NCBI GenBank assembly: GCA_963735595.1
Contig: CAVTLK010000005.1
Span: forward strand, 800,001 to 864,000
Direction of reading: 5' to 3'
DNA from: an uncultured delta proteobacterium
GTDB taxonomy: Bacteria > Desulfobacterota > Zymogenia > Zymogenales > Zymogenaceae
Length of the DNA: 64,000 bases
Of the stretch, positions 60,471 to 64,000 are shown one piece after another. The notes under the pieces are model-generated. The model saw only the letters and a list, made by a program, of their open reading frames with translations. It was not told the DNA's origin and made no database searches. Position 1 is the stretch's first letter, and each line of letters opens with the position of its first letter. A program made the position numbers and the translations under genes.

Positions 60471-61862
60471 CTAATTCCCGCCCCCGCCCGGTGACGGGAC
60501 CGCCCGCGTCCCCTTCTTGATGCACAGCTCGTCGTGGACGCAGATCCGCTTGAACAGGAAGTTTGCCGCCGCGCCGGTGATGACGTTGGTTACGGCAATC
60601 CCCCCGATCAGCCCCGGAAAGCCGAAGAGGATCGTCCCCAGCCAGGCCAGCGGCAGATAGAAGATAAAGACCCTCAACACGCTCATGACCGCCGCGATCA
60701 GCGGCCTGCCGATTGCGTTAAACGTCCCAGAAACGACCAGGAAGACCCCCTGGGTGGCCAGCCCCGCCGGCATGATCCACAGGTAATACGCGATATCCTG
60801 GATTACGCGGTCGTCCCCGGAAAAAAGGCGCGCGATTGGAAAGGCCAGCGCTATGAAGGCCGCCCAGCACAAAAGCCCCCAGGCGAATATGAAGCGGTTG
60901 GCCGCCGCCTGGGCCTCGTAGACCCGGTCAAACCTTTGTGCGCCCCAGTTCTGCCCGACGAAGGGGACCATGGCGCTTGAGAGCCCGATAACCACGACGA
61001 ACGCGAGGGATTCGATCCGCAACCCCGCCCCAACCGCAGCCACACCCTCCGGGCCGAACCGGGAGGCAAGCCAGGTCACGAACGTCACGGAAACCGGAAA
61101 CAGGAGATTAGTCCCCGTGCTGGGCACGCCCACGGCCAGTATCTCCGACCACGAGGCGATAAGGGCGCGGGGCGACAGCCACGAGACGGTCACCATGGAC
61201 AGGCGCTTATGGAGTATGAAGAAGGCAAGAATAAGGGTGAGGGCCTGGGAGATGACCGTAGCAAGCGCCGCCCCAACAAGCTCCATGCGGGGGAAGCCGA
61301 ATAGTCCGAATATCATGATCGGATCAAGGATGACGTTGAGCAACGCCCCGGTTACCATGATGATGCCGGGGTTCTTCGTATCTCCCGTGGCTCGGATGGC
61401 ACTGGCTGCCGTCATGGTCATGAGGATCGTGGGGATGCCGATATACCAGAGGACGATATAGCGCTTGATGAGGCCCAGGGTCTCGGGCGTCGAACCCAGG
61501 GCGGTAAAGAGCGGCGCGATGGTGGAGAGCCCCGCGATCACGAACGCCACCGATACCAGGAGCCCGAGCAACACCGCGGCGGTGGTGAGCCTCCTGACGG
61601 CGTCGATGTCCTTTTTACCGTATGCCTGCGAGATGACCGCGGCGGTTCCCATGGAAAGACCCACCGATACGCTAATGACAAATGTCGCCACGGGAAAGGT
61701 GAAGCTCATCGCGGCCAGCGGAATCGTTCCCAGCTGCGCGACGAACAGCGTGTCTATGAGGTTAAACGAGAAGGTGGCCGCGTAGCCCGCGATCATCGGC
61801 AGCGTGAGCCTGATGATGGTCTTCGCGATAGGCGCCTGGGTGAGGTCGTTTTTCATTTTCAT
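60471..61862 (-). CDS. MATE family efflux transporter
   Basis: DTLFVAQLG, RATGDTK, NVILDPIMIFG, GAALAT, GQNWGA. Confidence 0.92.
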   Translation of the reverse strand: MKMKNDLTQAPIAKTIIRLTLPMIAGYAATFSFNLIDTLFVAQLGTIPLAAMSFTFPVATFVISVSVGLSMGTAAVISQAYGKKDIDAVRRLTTAAVLLGLLVSVAFVIAGLSTIAPLFTALGSTPETLGLIKRYIVLWYIGIPTILMTMTAASAIRATGDTKNPGIIMVTGALLNVILDPIMIFGLFGFPRMELVGAALATVISQALTLILAFFILHKRLSMVTVSWLSPRALIASWSEILAVGVPSTGTNLLFPVSVTFVTWLASRFGPEGVAAVGAGLRIESLAFVVVIGLSSAMVPFVGQNWGAQRFDRVYEAQAAANRFIFAWGLLCWAAFIALAFPIARLFSGDDRVIQDIAYYLWIMPAGLATQGVFLVVSGTFNAIGRPLIAAVMSVLRVFIFYLPLAWLGTILFGFPGLIGGIAVTNVITGAAANFLFKRICVHDELCIKKGTRAVPSPGGGGN

Positions 61863-62018
61863 ACGTATTGTCTCTTCGCCCGCATATAACGGCCGTTTCA
61901 TACCTATGCTGCGCCGGCGCTATCCGGCGGGCCACCCCTGATACTCGTATACGAAGACGGGGGAAGCATCCCCCCGTCGTTTGCCGCTGCCGTCACCAGT
62001 CGAAAGCCGGCCGCCCTG

Positions 62019-64000
62019 TCACTGACCCGATCGGGACAAGAGGCAGGTTCGCTCGATGATCTCATCCTGAATCTCGGGGACCAGATCGTGGAAATAAGCC
62101 GAGTAACCCGAAACCCGCACCAGGAGATTTGGGTAGGCGGCCGGGTCCCGTTTTGCCGCACGGAGCGTATCGGCGTCTACGACGTTTGTCTGGATCTGCA
62201 TGCCTCCGCTGTCGAAGTAGGTCGTTAGAAGGTCCCCCAGGAGTTTGCGGCCCCGCTGGCCGGCAAGGGTCGATCCGTCGAAGCTTGATGTTGAAGTTTA
62301 TCCCGTTGGCTATCCGGGTAAAGTCGATCCGGGTCACGGAGTTGATGAGTGCCGTGGGGCCGGTTCGGTCCATGCCGTTGGCCGGGGCGATGCCCGAGGC
62401 GAAGGGCTCCGCCTTTCGCCGTCCGTTGGGCAGCGCCGCGGTAACCTGCCCGAAATAGTTATGGGCCGTCACCGAGTAGAGGCCGGGTACGTACGCGCCG
62501 CCGCGGGTGTTGATATGGCGGTGCAGGACATCGGTAAACGTATTGACCACCCAGACCGTCATGGCGTCGACCGATTTGATGTCATTTCCGAACTTCGGAA
62601 GCGACCTCAGGTAGGCCCGCATCCGCTCGTCGGCGAGGTTATCTTTCAGGTGCGAGACGAGCTCCCGCAGGGTGAACCTTTTATCGATAAAGACCGCCCG
62701 CTCGATCGCCGCCAATGAGTCTCCCACGTCGCTCGGCCCGACGCACTGGACGCCCGAAAAGTTGTAACGCGCGCCGCCCGCCGTTGAACAGACGCCCGTT
62801 TCCAGACAGCCGTCAAGGAGCATACTTGTCAGCGGCGTGGGGTGGTGCAGGCGGTTGGCACGCTCCACGGCCTGGAGGTCGGCAATCAGGCGCGACAGTC
62901 CGAATGAAAGCTGGGCGGCAAAGGCGTCGGTCACGTCCTGGAAGCGGCTCATGGCCGAGACGGGCTTGGTGCGGACGCCGGAACGGACGGGCGATCCGAA
63001 CCGCTTGCCTTCGTTGAGGGCGAGCTCGAGCATCAGGGGAACGTTAAAGATCGCGGCGTCGGTCGAGGAAAAGCTCTTTCCCTGGCTTACCGGCTCTACA
63101 CACCCCACCGCCGTGTAATTACGGGCATCCGCCGCCGCATAGCCGTGGCGGGTCATGGTCTTGATGATAACGTCGTCGTTATAGAGGGCAGGGGAATTGC
63201 CGCCCGCCGACAGGATCTTGCAGACGGCGTCTCGGTAGCGCACCGGGGAGTCCTTATGAATACGGGCGTGGTAGTTGGGCTGGCGCATCCTCAGCTCATC
63301 CATCACCTCAAGAAAGATGTAGGTCAGTTCATTCGTGGAGTCCGTGCCGTCCCGGTTTCGGCCCCCCACGGTTACCACCTGTCCGTTGAACATTCCGCCG
63401 TGGAAGCGGGTGATCCGCCTCGAAAAGACAGGGACGATCTCCGACATCTTGATCGAGAACGCCGCGATGAGCTGTTTGGCAGTGTCTCTGGTGAGGGCCC
63501 CCGACTTTATGTCCCGTTCATAGAAGGGAAACAGGTAGTGATCCATCCTTCCGGGGCAGACGGAGTTGTCGAGGCTTTCGAGATTGAGGGCAATCTGCGC
63601 GAAAAAGATCGACTGGACGGCCTCGTGGAGATCCCGTGCACCCTTGCGCGGCACGCGCCGGCATGACCTCGGCAATGGACAACAGCTCCCGTTTCCGGGC
63701 GGGATCAGTCTCGGTCTCGGCCGTCTCGTGCGGCCAATACGGCGTATCGAAGTCCGAATTCAGCCAGGGCGTCACAGACGATTCGCACTCCTTCGTAGAA
63801 GTGCCACGCCTCGCTCTTCTTGGGAACCCGGGCCTGGTGCGCGGCGGCTTCTTGTTTTATCCCGTCGGTTCCGACAGCAATGAGCTTCTCGTAGTCCGGG
63901 GCAATATGAGAGATACCGCCCGATTCGTTGATGATATAGAAGTGGGCGCGCAGCTGATTGAGAATGAAACGGATCTTCTTGACGGGATTACGGTAGGCCA
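62019..64000 (-). CDS. Glycyl radical enzyme (PFL-family fold), 5' end outside window, frameshifted
   Basis: LLVRVSGYSAYF glycyl-radical loop, AVGCVEP Cys loop, GRMD, PKFGND, PNGR. Confidence 0.9.

Noticed and set aside
1553..64000. Calling the many broken genes pseudogenes or programmed frameshifts
   Set aside because: Breaks are mostly single-base indels at wobble positions or homopolymers in unrelated genes, with catalytic motifs intact and no slippery-site pattern; assembly artefact is more parsimonious
62019..64000. Pyruvate formate-lyase (pflB) assignment
   Set aside because: The active-site loop has one Cys (GCVEP), not the Cys-Cys pair of PFL

Overview
GC-rich bacterial chromosomal segment. 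The gene content (PxxKW protein, DUF362, NtrC-type regulator, glycyl-radical enzyme, UroD-family and Fe-S proteins) suggests an anaerobic Desulfobacterota/'deltaproteobacterial' organism; this is inference. It holds about 55 protein genes. I found no rRNA, tRNA, CRISPR array, integrase or transposase. About 14 genes are split by single-base indels. Many of these look like two alternative wobble bases written side by side, so they are probably consensus artefacts from a mixed-strain long-read assembly rather than pseudogenes. Notable parts: (i) an accessory segment at ~14.1-20.3 kb carrying a truncated orphan hicB, a palindromic repeat bracketed by a duplicated terminator with a flipped loop, a predicted lipoprotein whose mature part is 62/80 proline (GPPPP repeats), and an AT-rich type III restriction-modification pair; (ii) candidate structured RNA leaders upstream of the PxxKW gene, an RRM gene and a diguanylate cyclase; (iii) several orphan short palindromic or tandem repeat families; (iv) a 29-kb run of 32/34 co-oriented, unrelated small enzyme genes; (v) a partial glycyl-radical enzyme of unknown substrate at the right edge. 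No complete novel system can be proven from sequence alone. The best candidates are the polyproline lipoprotein locus and the PxxKW RNA leader.
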